From a virus, in the IMG/VR virus record IMGVR_UViG_3300025137_000018, positions 1 to 64,000 of that record: 64,000 nt of DNA, one strand, 5' to 3'. Numbering within the stretch: position 1 is the first letter of the stretch; every line of letters begins with the position of its first letter. Shown piece after piece: positions 30,773 through 39,581 of the stretch. The notes under the pieces are model-generated. The model was not told the origin of the DNA. It was given only the letters and a program-made list of their open reading frames with translations, and ran no database searches. A program made the translations under genes and the position numbers.

Positions 30773-31037
30773 ATTTAACGAAGGAGCTCTAATTAAAGAG
30801 CTTCAAGCGTATATCGATTCTACGTACGATGCACATTATGGGCAAGGGGGATTACAATCCTCTGAGGTTATAGTGGATCGTGGACATGGTCTAGGATTCT
30901 TCCTAGGTAATGTCGATAAATACAATGCAAGGTACGGGAAAAAAGGTGATGTGAAAGACCACCGAAAGGATCTTATGAAAGTATTGCATTACGCATTACT
31001 TGCTCTCTATGAGCATGATAGGATTAATTCAAACTAA
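30750..31037 (+). CDS. Conserved phage protein (DUF3310-like)
   Basis: HY...GFFLGNVDKY..RYGKKG...DLMKVLHYA pattern. Confidence 0.7.
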   Translation: MAKQINYKFNEGALIKELQAYIDSTYDAHYGQGGLQSSEVIVDRGHGLGFFLGNVDKYNARYGKKGDVKDHRKDLMKVLHYALLALYEHDRINSN

Positions 31038-31040
31038 CTA

Positions 31041-31069
31041 TGTACATTATGCTAAAAGTATGGTATAAT
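31041..31069 (+). promoter_or_regulatory. Promoter TGTACA-N14-TGGTATAAT (gp45)
   Basis: Repeated promoter family. Confidence 0.85.
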
Positions 31070-31095
31070 ATACTATTAATTAAAAAGGTAATATT

Positions 31096-31767
31096 ATGAA
31101 TATAACAAACGATACTCTCAAGGTATTGAAAAACTTTGCTACCATTAATCCTAACATTGTGATTAAACCTGGTGGTCAACTAAAAACAATTTCTGAAGCT
31201 AAAAACATTATGGCTATCGCTGATGGCACTGATGATTTTCCTACAGAGTTTGGAATCTATGATCTTAATGAATTCTTATCTGTTTCAAATTTGGTACAAG
31301 ATCCAAACTTTGATTTTCAAGATAAAAACGTTAAGATTACTTCAGGTGGTAACACTGTAACATATTTCTTTTCAGAACCAGAGATCTTAACATCTCCTTC
31401 TAAAGAAATTACAATGCCAGACACTGAAGTTGGAATTTCCATTACACAGGAAGTTTTATCACAGGTTCGTAAAGCAGCTGCTGTACTTGGACATACTGAA
31501 ATGTCTATTAAAGGTAGCGGCGGTAAAGTAACACTATCAGTAGTTGATAGTTCAGATGCTACTGCTAACTCATTTGATATTGAGCTCAACGACAATAACG
31601 ATTGTACTGAAGAGTTTAATTTCATCGTAAATATTAATAATCTAAAATTGATCGAAGGTGATTACTTTGTGAATATCAGTTCTAAACTAATTTCACAATG
31701 GACATGTTCATCAATGGCAGTTAAATATTTTATCGCTTTAGAGAAAGCGTCAACATTTGGCGTATAA
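31096..31767 (+). CDS. gp45: Sliding clamp gp45
   Basis: LKNFATINPNI, FGIYDLNEFL, YFIALE. Confidence 0.95.
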   Translation: MNITNDTLKVLKNFATINPNIVIKPGGQLKTISEAKNIMAIADGTDDFPTEFGIYDLNEFLSVSNLVQDPNFDFQDKNVKITSGGNTVTYFFSEPEILTSPSKEITMPDTEVGISITQEVLSQVRKAAAVLGHTEMSIKGSGGKVTLSVVDSSDATANSFDIELNDNNDCTEEFNFIVNINNLKLIEGDYFVNISSKLISQWTCSSMAVKYFIALEKASTFGV

Positions 31768-31770
31768 ATA
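31763..31770 (+). promoter_or_regulatory. Late promoter TATAAATA followed by a structured leader
   Basis: Consensus overlapping the gp45 stop; two hairpins follow at 31801-31817 and 31826-31850. Confidence 0.65.
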
Positions 31771-31886
31771 TAATGGTATATTATATACGCAATAGGAATT
31801 CTCATAAATTTTATGAGGATATAGTGTAAGATGCGGATAACCGGTCTTACTAATTATAGTCTAACTTTGATCAAAGGAGAAACAAA

Positions 31887-32156
31887 ATGACTAATCAAGT
31901 AGAAACTCAAGCTGGTGAGCAACAAGAACCAGTACAACTAAGTCTTCAGGACATCTCAACTTTTGTGCAGATAATTGATATCTGTTCTAAAAGAGGTGGC
32001 TTTGAAGGTCAAGAAATGGAAGCTATTGGCGGTCTTAGAAATAGAACTGTCGCATTCCTAAATCAAGCATCTGAAGCCCAAGGCAAAGAAGCTCCGGAAG
32101 GAATGGTTCCAGAAGCAGATCCAGAAATGGTAACTGCTGAAGAAGTAGCAGAATAG
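31887..32156 (+). CDS. Conserved hypothetical protein
   Basis: 89 aa, AAGGAG SD, IIDICSKRGGFEG.E motif. Confidence 0.75.
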   Translation: MTNQVETQAGEQQEPVQLSLQDISTFVQIIDICSKRGGFEGQEMEAIGGLRNRTVAFLNQASEAQGKEAPEGMVPEADPEMVTAEEVAE

Positions 32157-32173
32157 TTGAAAGATTAGCCTAT

Positions 32174-32200
32174 TGCGGAGGTGGCTCCTCCGTATTTTAT
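32174..32200 (+). terminator. Probable terminator
   Basis: TGCGGAGG-TGGCT-CCTCCGTA stem followed by a T-rich tract. Confidence 0.65.
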
Positions 32201-32224
32201 TAATTTTATTATGAAGGATTTATT

Positions 32225-32482
32225 ATGGATCGCAATGAAAAAGCACGCTTAATCGAAGCACTAAAACGAGGTTCTGTTACAGTAACCTTTCAAAAAATTG
32301 ACTCAGACGAAATTAGAGTCATGCCATGTACTCTCAACCCCACAGTTCTAAAAGCTAATGGAATTCAATCTGTTATCGAAAACATCGATCCTAACACAGA
32401 TCACATCGCTGCTTGGTCTCTCGACAAAGACGCATGGAGATCGTTTAGATTGGATACTGTCCTTGGTTGGGAGGTACTATGA
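32225..32482 (+). CDS. Small SH3/WYL-like protein
   Basis: VTFQKID...R.MPCTL...WSLDKDAWRSFRLD. Confidence 0.7.
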   Translation: MDRNEKARLIEALKRGSVTVTFQKIDSDEIRVMPCTLNPTVLKANGIQSVIENIDPNTDHIAAWSLDKDAWRSFRLDTVLGWEVL

Positions 32483-33417
32483 TGCAAGAATTTCTTTGGG
32501 TAGAGAAATATCGTCCACAAACAATTAGTGATACAATTTTACCAAATTCAATTAAGAAAACTTTTGAAGATATTGTTAAAGGGGGTGACTTACACAATAT
32601 GCTTCTTACCGGCTCAGCCGGCCTTGGTAAAACTACAGTCGCTAAAGCATTGTGTAACGAGTTGTCATTAGATTTTATTATAATTAATGGCTCCGAAGAG
32701 GGTAACATTGATACTCTCAGAGGTAAAATCAAGCAGTTTGCTTCATCGGTATCATTACAGGGTGGCTATAAAGTAGTTATCCTTGATGAAGCAGACTACT
32801 TGAACCCACAATCAACACAACCAGCTTTGCGTGGATTCATAGAAGAATTCTCAGGAAACTGTAGGTTTATATTAACATGCAATTTCAAAAACAGGATTAT
32901 TGATCCACTTCATTCTCGATGTACAACCATTGAGTTTAATGTACCTAAAAAATCAATGCCAAAACTCTGTGATCAATTTCTTAATCGCTGTGAATATATT
33001 CTAAAACAAGAAAATATTACTTACGATCGTAACGTTGTTGCAGAACTTATTATTAAACATATGCCCGACTGGCGTAAAGTTTTAAATGAGTTACAGCGAT
33101 ATAGTACCAGTGGAACAATTGATACTGGAATACTTGTAACGCTTTCTGATGTATCTATTAGTGATTTAATGGAACATCTAAAACTTAAAAACTTTAAACT
33201 TATGCGACAATGGGTTGCAGACAATATTGACACAGAACCAGCTTCACTCTTTCGTAAAGTTTACGATAACATGAATGAATATGTTGATCCTCAAAGTATA
33301 CCGCAACTGGTACTTATTTTGGCCGATTACCAATACAAGAATTCATTTGTTGCTGATCACGAGTTAAATATGGTTGCATGTTTAACTGAAATAATGGCTG
33401 GAGTAAAATTCAAATGA
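32479..33417 (+). CDS. gp44: Clamp loader large subunit gp44
   Basis: LWVEKYRP, GSAGLGKT, ILDEAD, PLHSRC; ATG at 32479 after GGAGG. Confidence 0.96.
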   Translation: MMQEFLWVEKYRPQTISDTILPNSIKKTFEDIVKGGDLHNMLLTGSAGLGKTTVAKALCNELSLDFIIINGSEEGNIDTLRGKIKQFASSVSLQGGYKVVILDEADYLNPQSTQPALRGFIEEFSGNCRFILTCNFKNRIIDPLHSRCTTIEFNVPKKSMPKLCDQFLNRCEYILKQENITYDRNVVAELIIKHMPDWRKVLNELQRYSTSGTIDTGILVTLSDVSISDLMEHLKLKNFKLMRQWVADNIDTEPASLFRKVYDNMNEYVDPQSIPQLVLILADYQYKNSFVADHELNMVACLTEIMAGVKFK

Positions 33418-33809
33418 TTAAACCAAATTTATTTAGAAGATCTACAATGTGGATCGTAGATAGCTGGAGAAACGTAATGGATGTTAGATATAATCCCTTA
33501 AAGTATGTTCCAGACCCAAGCTTACAAGCATATTTTATGTTAGTACTATTTGTAATGTGGAGTGCATTCTTTGGCTTAATAGCTATATACTATATAGGAT
33601 TTATTAACTATAGCATTGTTGCAAGTATTTTAGTTCATGCCGCAATATTAATACCAATCGTAATAACTAATGCAATCTTTGTAGATGCCGAAAGAGATGG
33701 ACATGCATGGTTAGCTGAATGGCGAGAAGAACAATCAGTTTACAAAATATTTCTAAGTAGAACTTCTAAGGGAGTTAGAATACTTTGGGATATTGACAAG
33801 GAAGCATAA
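33414..33809 (+). CDS. Two-TM membrane protein inserted between gp44 and gp62
   Basis: Two hydrophobic stretches; ATGA and TAATG overlaps with both neighbours. Confidence 0.75.
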   Translation: MIKPNLFRRSTMWIVDSWRNVMDVRYNPLKYVPDPSLQAYFMLVLFVMWSAFFGLIAIYYIGFINYSIVASILVHAAILIPIVITNAIFVDAERDGHAWLAEWREEQSVYKIFLSRTSKGVRILWDIDKEA

Positions 33810-34192
33810 TGAGTAATCCCTTTGATTATCTAAAAGCAATTAATAATTCTAAAAAGAATATTATCGTAGACGACTTATCTGAAAACGAGTATAATGCCTT
33901 TATGGTAAATAGAGGTTTATCATTTTTTCCTGATACTGTTCTTATGGCTAATGAAATGAATATATCACATCATTTAGATAGCAAGCTTCAATTCGATTTT
34001 CTTATAAATATTATTAAGAAAAAGAGTAGATTTACTAAATGGTCTAAGAAGACTGACATAGCAAATCTTGAAGTAATTAAACAATATTATGGATATAGCA
34101 ATGAAAAAGCTAGATCTGTTTTATCATTATTCAGCAATGACGAAATTGCTGATTTGAATCAAAGGATTAGTAAAGGTGGAAGAACTAAATAA
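33809..34192 (+). CDS. gp62: Clamp loader small subunit gp62
   Basis: PFDYLKAIN, YNAFMVNRGLS, YYGYSNEKA. Confidence 0.93.
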   Translation: MSNPFDYLKAINNSKKNIIVDDLSENEYNAFMVNRGLSFFPDTVLMANEMNISHHLDSKLQFDFLINIIKKKSRFTKWSKKTDIANLEVIKQYYGYSNEKARSVLSLFSNDEIADLNQRISKGGRTK

Positions 34193-34598
34193 CAGCCCAA
34201 TACAAGATTGGACACCTGGTTCGATGCTAGAAGTATCACTCAATGAACCAGACGATTTTCTAAAAGTAAGAGAAACATTAACCAGAATTGGAGTGGCTTC
34301 TCGCAAAGAAAGTAAACTATATCAATCGTGTCATATTCTGCATAAGCAGGGTAGATACTTTATTGTACATTTTAAAGAATTATTTCTATTAGATGGAAAA
34401 CCATCCAATCTATTAGAAAACGATGTTCAGCGACGCAACACAATTGCAACGCTGTTATCAGATTGGGGGTTGGTCTCTATGATTGAACCTAATCTGTTTA
34501 AGGACGTAGCACCTTTGAGACAAATCAAAGTGATACCACACAAAGATAAAGCTCTTTGGGAATTATGTCCAAAATATAACATAGGAAACACAAACTAA
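34176..34598 (+). CDS. regA: Translational repressor RegA
   Basis: PDDFLKVRETLTRIGVASR, LYQSCHILHKQGRYFIVHFKELF. Confidence 0.97.
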   Translation: MEELNNSPIQDWTPGSMLEVSLNEPDDFLKVRETLTRIGVASRKESKLYQSCHILHKQGRYFIVHFKELFLLDGKPSNLLENDVQRRNTIATLLSDWGLVSMIEPNLFKDVAPLRQIKVIPHKDKALWELCPKYNIGNTN

Positions 34599-34610
34599 CT
34601 TCCTAAGTTG

Positions 34611-34618
34611 TATAAATA
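34611..34618 (+). promoter_or_regulatory. Late promoter TATAAATA (hsp20)
   Basis: Exact consensus. Confidence 0.75.
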
Positions 34619-34622
34619 AACG

Positions 34623-34679
34623 TGGATGCCGAATAATCGGGTCCATATATTAATCTTGCTTTAAATAGGAGAAACTAAA
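34623..34679 (+). promoter_or_regulatory. ROSE-like RNA thermometer in the hsp20 5' UTR
   Basis: 5' hairpin plus TCTTGCT (34654-34660) pairing with AGGAGA (34667-34672), leaving a bulged G. Confidence 0.65.
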
Positions 34680-35135
34680 ATGGTAAGAAATGCAATGAAC
34701 GTGCCGCGTTCCCTCTTTATTGGATTTGATCCAATATTAAACGAACTTGAAAGAATCCACCAAGCTGGAAGATCTCAAGATAATTACCCTCCACACAACG
34801 TTGTGAAAATCGATGACGATAATTTCAATATCGAACTTGCAGTTGCTGGATTTTCTAATGATGATATTTCATTAGAAGTAAAGGACGGTATTCTTTTAAT
34901 AAAAGGTCAACATAATGAAGACGATGAACGTGAATATGCACATAAAGGTATATCATCCCGCAAATTTGAGAAGTCCTTCCGACTCTCAGAATTTGTCGTA
35001 ATAGACGGGGCTAATCTAGTGAACGGAATACTTGTGGTTAACGCCAGAGTTGAGGTTCCAGAAGAGAGGCGTCCTAGGAAGATCGAAATCGGGTCTGCTG
35101 GGGCATCAAAGAAGAAGGAATTTATTCAAGAATAG
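34680..35135 (+). CDS. hsp20: Small heat shock protein Hsp20
   Basis: NYPPHNVV, IELAVAGF, HKGISSRKF, A.LVNGIL, PEERRPRKIEI. Confidence 0.95.
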   Translation: MVRNAMNVPRSLFIGFDPILNELERIHQAGRSQDNYPPHNVVKIDDDNFNIELAVAGFSNDDISLEVKDGILLIKGQHNEDDEREYAHKGISSRKFEKSFRLSEFVVIDGANLVNGILVVNARVEVPEERRPRKIEIGSAGASKKKEFIQE

Positions 35136-35192
35136 ATTCCGGTGAGCAGCGAAAACTCAGTGGATTGTTTAACAATTTACTGGAGTCAAATC

Positions 35193-35312
35193 ATGGGTTA
35201 CATACGTAAACACAAGGATGGCATTAGGACTGGATTCGAATTAGTGTTAATCATGGCTGGGATATTTGCAGTATCACCAATCATAATTTATCTGCAATTG
35301 AATTCATATTAA
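35193..35312 (+). CDS. 39 aa single-TM peptide; not in the ORF track
   Basis: MGYIRKHKDGIRTGFELVLIMAGIFAVSPIIIYLQLNSY; GGAG SD; followed by a terminator. Confidence 0.6.
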   Translation: MGYIRKHKDGIRTGFELVLIMAGIFAVSPIIIYLQLNSY

Positions 35313-35327
35313 TGACTAAGCTTAGTC

Positions 35328-35354
35328 GGGGGAGTCATCTCCCCCTACTTTTTT
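35328..35354 (+). terminator. Rho-independent terminator
   Basis: GGGGGAG-TCAT-CTCCCCC followed by a T tract. Confidence 0.85.
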
Positions 35355-35365
35355 CATTTTACATG

Positions 35366-35394
35366 TGTACATATGCAGTAAAGTATGGTATAAT
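35366..35394 (+). promoter_or_regulatory. Promoter TGTACA-N14-TGGTATAAT (gp43)
   Basis: Repeated promoter family. Confidence 0.85.
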
Positions 35395-35419
35395 AGACTA
35401 TATTATCAAAGGTGAATGA

Positions 35420-37933
35420 ATGAATTTTTATACTAATGTCGGCCGATATGGCAATATGCTACTCTATCGTGGTATCGAAAACGGTAATCGAGTAAGCAGA
35501 AAAGTAAAATACAAACCAACCTTGTACGTCGCTACAAGTAAACCTACAGATTGGACAGCATTGGATGGAACACCAGTTGCACCAGTCACACAATTCGAAT
35601 CTATGCGTGATGCTAAAGATTGGATTGGTTTAAACAAAGAAGTTTCAGGCAGAAAAATATACGGAAACAACCGTTATATTTCTACGTTTATAAACGAAAA
35701 GTTTCCAGGAGATATTAAATTTGATCGTAACGCAATTAACGTTACTACAATCGATATCGAAGTCGCATCAGATGACGGGTTTCCTGAACCAGATGTAGCC
35801 TCAAAAGAAGTTACTGCTATCTGTATTAAAAACAATATTGACAATACTTATTACGTGTGGGCATTAAGAGATTACGATGTAAATCAATCTATTATGCAAA
35901 CAAATCGTGTCGTGTATAAAAAATGCGATACTGAAGGTCAACTACTTCTAGACTTTATAACACATTGGTCATCACCAACACATTGCCCAGATGTTGTTAC
36001 TGGTTGGAACTCAAGATTCTTTGATATTCCATACCTTGTAAACAGAATTAATAATTTACTAGGTTCTGACTGGGTTAAAAAGTTATCACCTTGGGGATTA
36101 ATTGATTCACGTGATGTTACTATTATGGCTCGTAAGCAAACTGCATACGAAATTGCTGGTATATCTCAACTTGATTATATGGAACTATTTAAGAAGTTCG
36201 GTTACTCATACGGTGCACAAGAATCCTATTCACTTAATCATATATCACATGTTGTTCTAGGCGAGAAGAAACTTTCTTACGAAGAACACTCAAGTTTATT
36301 TAGTTTATACTTAAACGATCATCAAAAGTTTATTGATTACAATATTAAAGATGTTGAATTAGTCGATAGGATCGAAGATAAACTTGGTCTTATTACACTA
36401 GCTCTAACTATGGCTTATCGCGGTGGTGTTAACTATGGTGATACATTTGGAACTACAGCGATATGGGATTCTATTATTTACAGGGATCTTTCAACTCAGA
36501 AAATTGCAGTTCCATTTCAAGAAGATAAAGTAAAAACACCGTATCCTGGAGGATATGTTAAAGATCCACAAGTTGGAATACATGATTGGGTAGTATCATT
36601 TGATTTAAATTCACTATATCCATCGTTAATTATGCAATACAATATGTCACCAGAAACAATAGCCTCTGGTGAATTATCTGATTATGATGTTGACAGTATT
36701 CTTAAAAGCAATACAATTGTAGATAACAGAGGAAAGGCTGTAAGTGCAAATGGCCAATATTTTAATATCGATAAAAAGGGCATCTTGCCTAAAATCATTG
36801 AACAGATGTATGGAGAACGTGTTCAAATTAAAAAGGCTATGATTAAAGCACAAAAAGAATTACAGAAGGTAGATAAAAATGATAAACAAGAAGTATACAG
36901 AATTGAAAGGGATATTGCAATCAACGAAAACAGGCAAATGTCTATTAAAATTCTCCTTAATTCTCTTTATGGTGCTCTTGGCAACAAGTACTTCAGATTT
37001 TTCGATCAACGAATTGCCGAAGGAATTACACTCTCCGGACAACTTACAATACGATGGGCTGAAGAAGCTATCAATACATATCTCAATAAAGTGCTCAAAA
37101 CGAAAAAAGATTACGTCTTGGCCATCGACACCGATTCGGTGTATGTATGCTTAAACGACCTAGTTAAAGCGGTTAACCCTAGTAATCCTATTGATTTTCT
37201 AGACACAGTCTGTAGAGAAAAGCTAGAACCTGTTCTTGAAGAAGCATATAAAAAGTTATATAGTATCATGGGTGGTATCGAAAACAAAATGGTCATGGGA
37301 CGAGAAGTAATTGCTGATCGTGGTCTTTGGACAGCAAAGAAAAGATATATTCTTAATGTGCATGATAATGAAGGTGTACGATATGCAGAGCCTAAACTTA
37401 AAATTATGGGCATTGAAGCTATTAAATCTTCTACACCAGCACCATGTCGAGAAGCACTAAAAGAAATATTTAAAGTTATTATGCATTCATCTGAATCTGA
37501 TGTACAAAAATCTATTGAGCATTTCAGACAATACTTCAGAACACTAGAACCAAACAATATTGCGTTCCCTAGGGGAATAACCAATCTTACATCGTTTCAA
37601 GACAGAAACACAATTTACAAAAAAGGCACTCCAATACATGCTCGTGGCGGAATACTTTACAACAAATTAATCGATGATCTATCGCTAGGTAAGCGATATA
37701 ACAAAATCAATAATGGCGAAAAGATTAAATTCATTTATCTTAGAACGCCTAATCCTATAAAGGAAAATGTTATATCATTCCTAGATTATCTTCCAACGGA
37801 GTTTGGATTGAATAAATATATTGATCACGAAACCCAATTTCAAAAAACTTTCCTAGATCCTATCGAACCAATACTCGATGCGATTGGTTGGTCTTCAAAA
37901 GAGGTATCTACGCTAGATGAGTTTTTTGGATAA
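35420..37933 (+). CDS. gp43: Family B DNA polymerase gp43
   Basis: Exo DIE; SFDLNSLYPS; KILLNSLYGALG; DTDS; KKRY; C-terminal STLDEFFG clamp motif. Confidence 0.98.
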   Translation: MNFYTNVGRYGNMLLYRGIENGNRVSRKVKYKPTLYVATSKPTDWTALDGTPVAPVTQFESMRDAKDWIGLNKEVSGRKIYGNNRYISTFINEKFPGDIKFDRNAINVTTIDIEVASDDGFPEPDVASKEVTAICIKNNIDNTYYVWALRDYDVNQSIMQTNRVVYKKCDTEGQLLLDFITHWSSPTHCPDVVTGWNSRFFDIPYLVNRINNLLGSDWVKKLSPWGLIDSRDVTIMARKQTAYEIAGISQLDYMELFKKFGYSYGAQESYSLNHISHVVLGEKKLSYEEHSSLFSLYLNDHQKFIDYNIKDVELVDRIEDKLGLITLALTMAYRGGVNYGDTFGTTAIWDSIIYRDLSTQKIAVPFQEDKVKTPYPGGYVKDPQVGIHDWVVSFDLNSLYPSLIMQYNMSPETIASGELSDYDVDSILKSNTIVDNRGKAVSANGQYFNIDKKGILPKIIEQMYGERVQIKKAMIKAQKELQKVDKNDKQEVYRIERDIAINENRQMSIKILLNSLYGALGNKYFRFFDQRIAEGITLSGQLTIRWAEEAINTYLNKVLKTKKDYVLAIDTDSVYVCLNDLVKAVNPSNPIDFLDTVCREKLEPVLEEAYKKLYSIMGGIENKMVMGREVIADRGLWTAKKRYILNVHDNEGVRYAEPKLKIMGIEAIKSSTPAPCREALKEIFKVIMHSSESDVQKSIEHFRQYFRTLEPNNIAFPRGITNLTSFQDRNTIYKKGTPIHARGGILYNKLIDDLSLGKRYNKINNGEKIKFIYLRTPNPIKENVISFLDYLPTEFGLNKYIDHETQFQKTFLDPIEPILDAIGWSSKEVSTLDEFFG

Positions 37934-37937
37934 ACAC

Positions 37938-37966
37938 TGTACATTTAATATAAAATATGGTATAAT
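37938..37966 (+). promoter_or_regulatory. Promoter TGTACA-N14-TGGTATAAT
   Basis: Repeated promoter family. Confidence 0.85.
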
Positions 37967-37986
37967 AGTACCAAAGGAAAATACTT

Positions 37987-38283
37987 ATGAAAGATGAATA
38001 TAAATTAGTACGACTATCTTCTGGTGAAGAAGTGGTCGGTAAAGTTACACAAAATGAAGAATCAATTACCATTACAGATGGTTATTCTTTGATTCCAGCA
38101 GGTGAAGGTAAAATTGGCTTCATGCCATTTATGGCTTATACAAAAGCAGCAGAAGGTATTACTATTCCAAATAGTTTTATTCTATTTACTGTTGATCCAA
38201 TAGATGAACTAGTAGATCAAGTTAAAGCTATGAGCAGTCCAATTCAAGTGCCAGAAAAGCAAGGAATTATTACAAATGTCTAA
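37987..38283 (+). CDS. Conserved hypothetical protein (Sm-like)
   Basis: LVRLSSGEEVVG motif. Confidence 0.7.
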   Translation: MKDEYKLVRLSSGEEVVGKVTQNEESITITDGYSLIPAGEGKIGFMPFMAYTKAAEGITIPNSFILFTVDPIDELVDQVKAMSSPIQVPEKQGIITNV

Positions 38284-38677
38284 GAATTGGGTAGAAGATA
38301 TTCATTTAATGCAAAGCAAATATCTTACTAGACAATGGGTTGAAAATAATCCTGAGAAACTAAAAAAGTTTCTTGAGTTTAGAGTTGAGTTTTTAAAAGA
38401 AGAACTAATGGAAACAAAAGCTGCGGTTACTAATAATGATCCAGAAGAAATAGTAGATGGTTTAATTGATCTATGTGTTGTTGCTATTGGTACACTTGAT
38501 GCATTTGGTGTTAATCCCTATAAAGCTTGGGATGCTGTACTAGAAGCTAATATGAACAAAGAAGTAGGACAAAAGCCAACTAGGCCAAATCCACTAGGAG
38601 TTCCAGACCTAATTAAACCTGAAGGTTGGACCGCTCCATCACACGCAGAGAATCATGGTAAGTTTAACGATATTTAA
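38276..38677 (+). CDS. MazG/PRA-PH-like nucleoside triphosphate pyrophosphohydrolase
   Basis: EELME...EEIVDGLIDL, V.EANM.K, DLIKPEGW.AP. Confidence 0.82.
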   Translation: MSKNWVEDIHLMQSKYLTRQWVENNPEKLKKFLEFRVEFLKEELMETKAAVTNNDPEEIVDGLIDLCVVAIGTLDAFGVNPYKAWDAVLEANMNKEVGQKPTRPNPLGVPDLIKPEGWTAPSHAENHGKFNDI

Positions 38678-39572
38678 CAGTATATACGATAACAAAACTG
38701 ATAAAAGCATTACATATAAATCATTTGATGATTTTGAAAAAATATTGTATCAGTTATCGGAAAGTACTAAATATCCAACTAAAAAATCAGCACCATTAAT
38801 ATCTCCAGCAACTTATGTACCGGAGACAACTCGTGCAAACGATAATGTTCTTAGTTGGGGTGGTTTTGGAATCGTAGATGTAGATGATTATATTGGAAGT
38901 ATCGATGATATTTCTGAGGTGTATAGCGAATACAAATACGTATGTTATTCCACTGCTAGCTCGACTGAAGAACACCCTAAGTTTCGTTTAGTATTTCCAC
39001 TAACAAGAGCTATAAATAAAGATGAAATCAAACATTTTTGGTACGCATTAAATAAAGAGATAGGAGATATCGCAGATGCCCAAACAAAAGACCTCAGCAG
39101 AATGTATTACGTCCCAGCCAAATATAAAGGATCTTACAATTTCATATTCTCACACGATGGATCTACCATGGACCCCGCAAAACTTATGGAAAAACACAGA
39201 TACGTCGTACCAAATGAATCGTTTTTCGATAAGTTACCAGAAGCTATTAAAAAAGGTCTTATACAACATCGACAAGCAAAACTCGATAACACTAACTTTT
39301 CATGGACAGGATATCAAGACTGCCCTTTTATAAACAAAAAACAAATTGAAGAATACAAAACTTTATCAGGTGCTGGCTGGTATTACAAACTATATCAGAT
39401 AATGGTTTCAATAGCAGGTAATGCAATGTCTAAGGGTTATCCAATAACATCTAAAGAAATTGAATATATCATTAGAGATCTCGATGCAAACACTGGAAAT
39501 TGGTACGCAAAAAGACCAATTAATAAAGAAGCTGAAAGAGCTATTGAATTTATTTTTAAAAACAATATATAG
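38655..39572 (+). CDS. Archaeo-eukaryotic primase (prim-pol)-like protein
   Basis: hhDxD (IVDVDD), YSTASS..HPKFRLVFPL, D..TKDLSRMYYVP; helical C-terminal domain. Confidence 0.7.
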   Translation: MVSLTIFNSIYDNKTDKSITYKSFDDFEKILYQLSESTKYPTKKSAPLISPATYVPETTRANDNVLSWGGFGIVDVDDYIGSIDDISEVYSEYKYVCYSTASSTEEHPKFRLVFPLTRAINKDEIKHFWYALNKEIGDIADAQTKDLSRMYYVPAKYKGSYNFIFSHDGSTMDPAKLMEKHRYVVPNESFFDKLPEAIKKGLIQHRQAKLDNTNFSWTGYQDCPFINKKQIEEYKTLSGAGWYYKLYQIMVSIAGNAMSKGYPITSKEIEYIIRDLDANTGNWYAKRPINKEAERAIEFIFKNNI

Positions 39573-39581
39573 GAGTATATT

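Noticed and set aside
34003-34010. Intragenic TATAAATA matches (also near 53854 and 59246)
   Set aside because: Expected by chance in AT-rich DNA and located inside coding regions, so not called without transcript data.
35420-37933. Intron or intein in the DNA polymerase (also checked by eye: gp17, gp41, uvsW)
   Set aside because: The ORFs are continuous, of normal length, and show no splicing or homing-endonuclease motifs.
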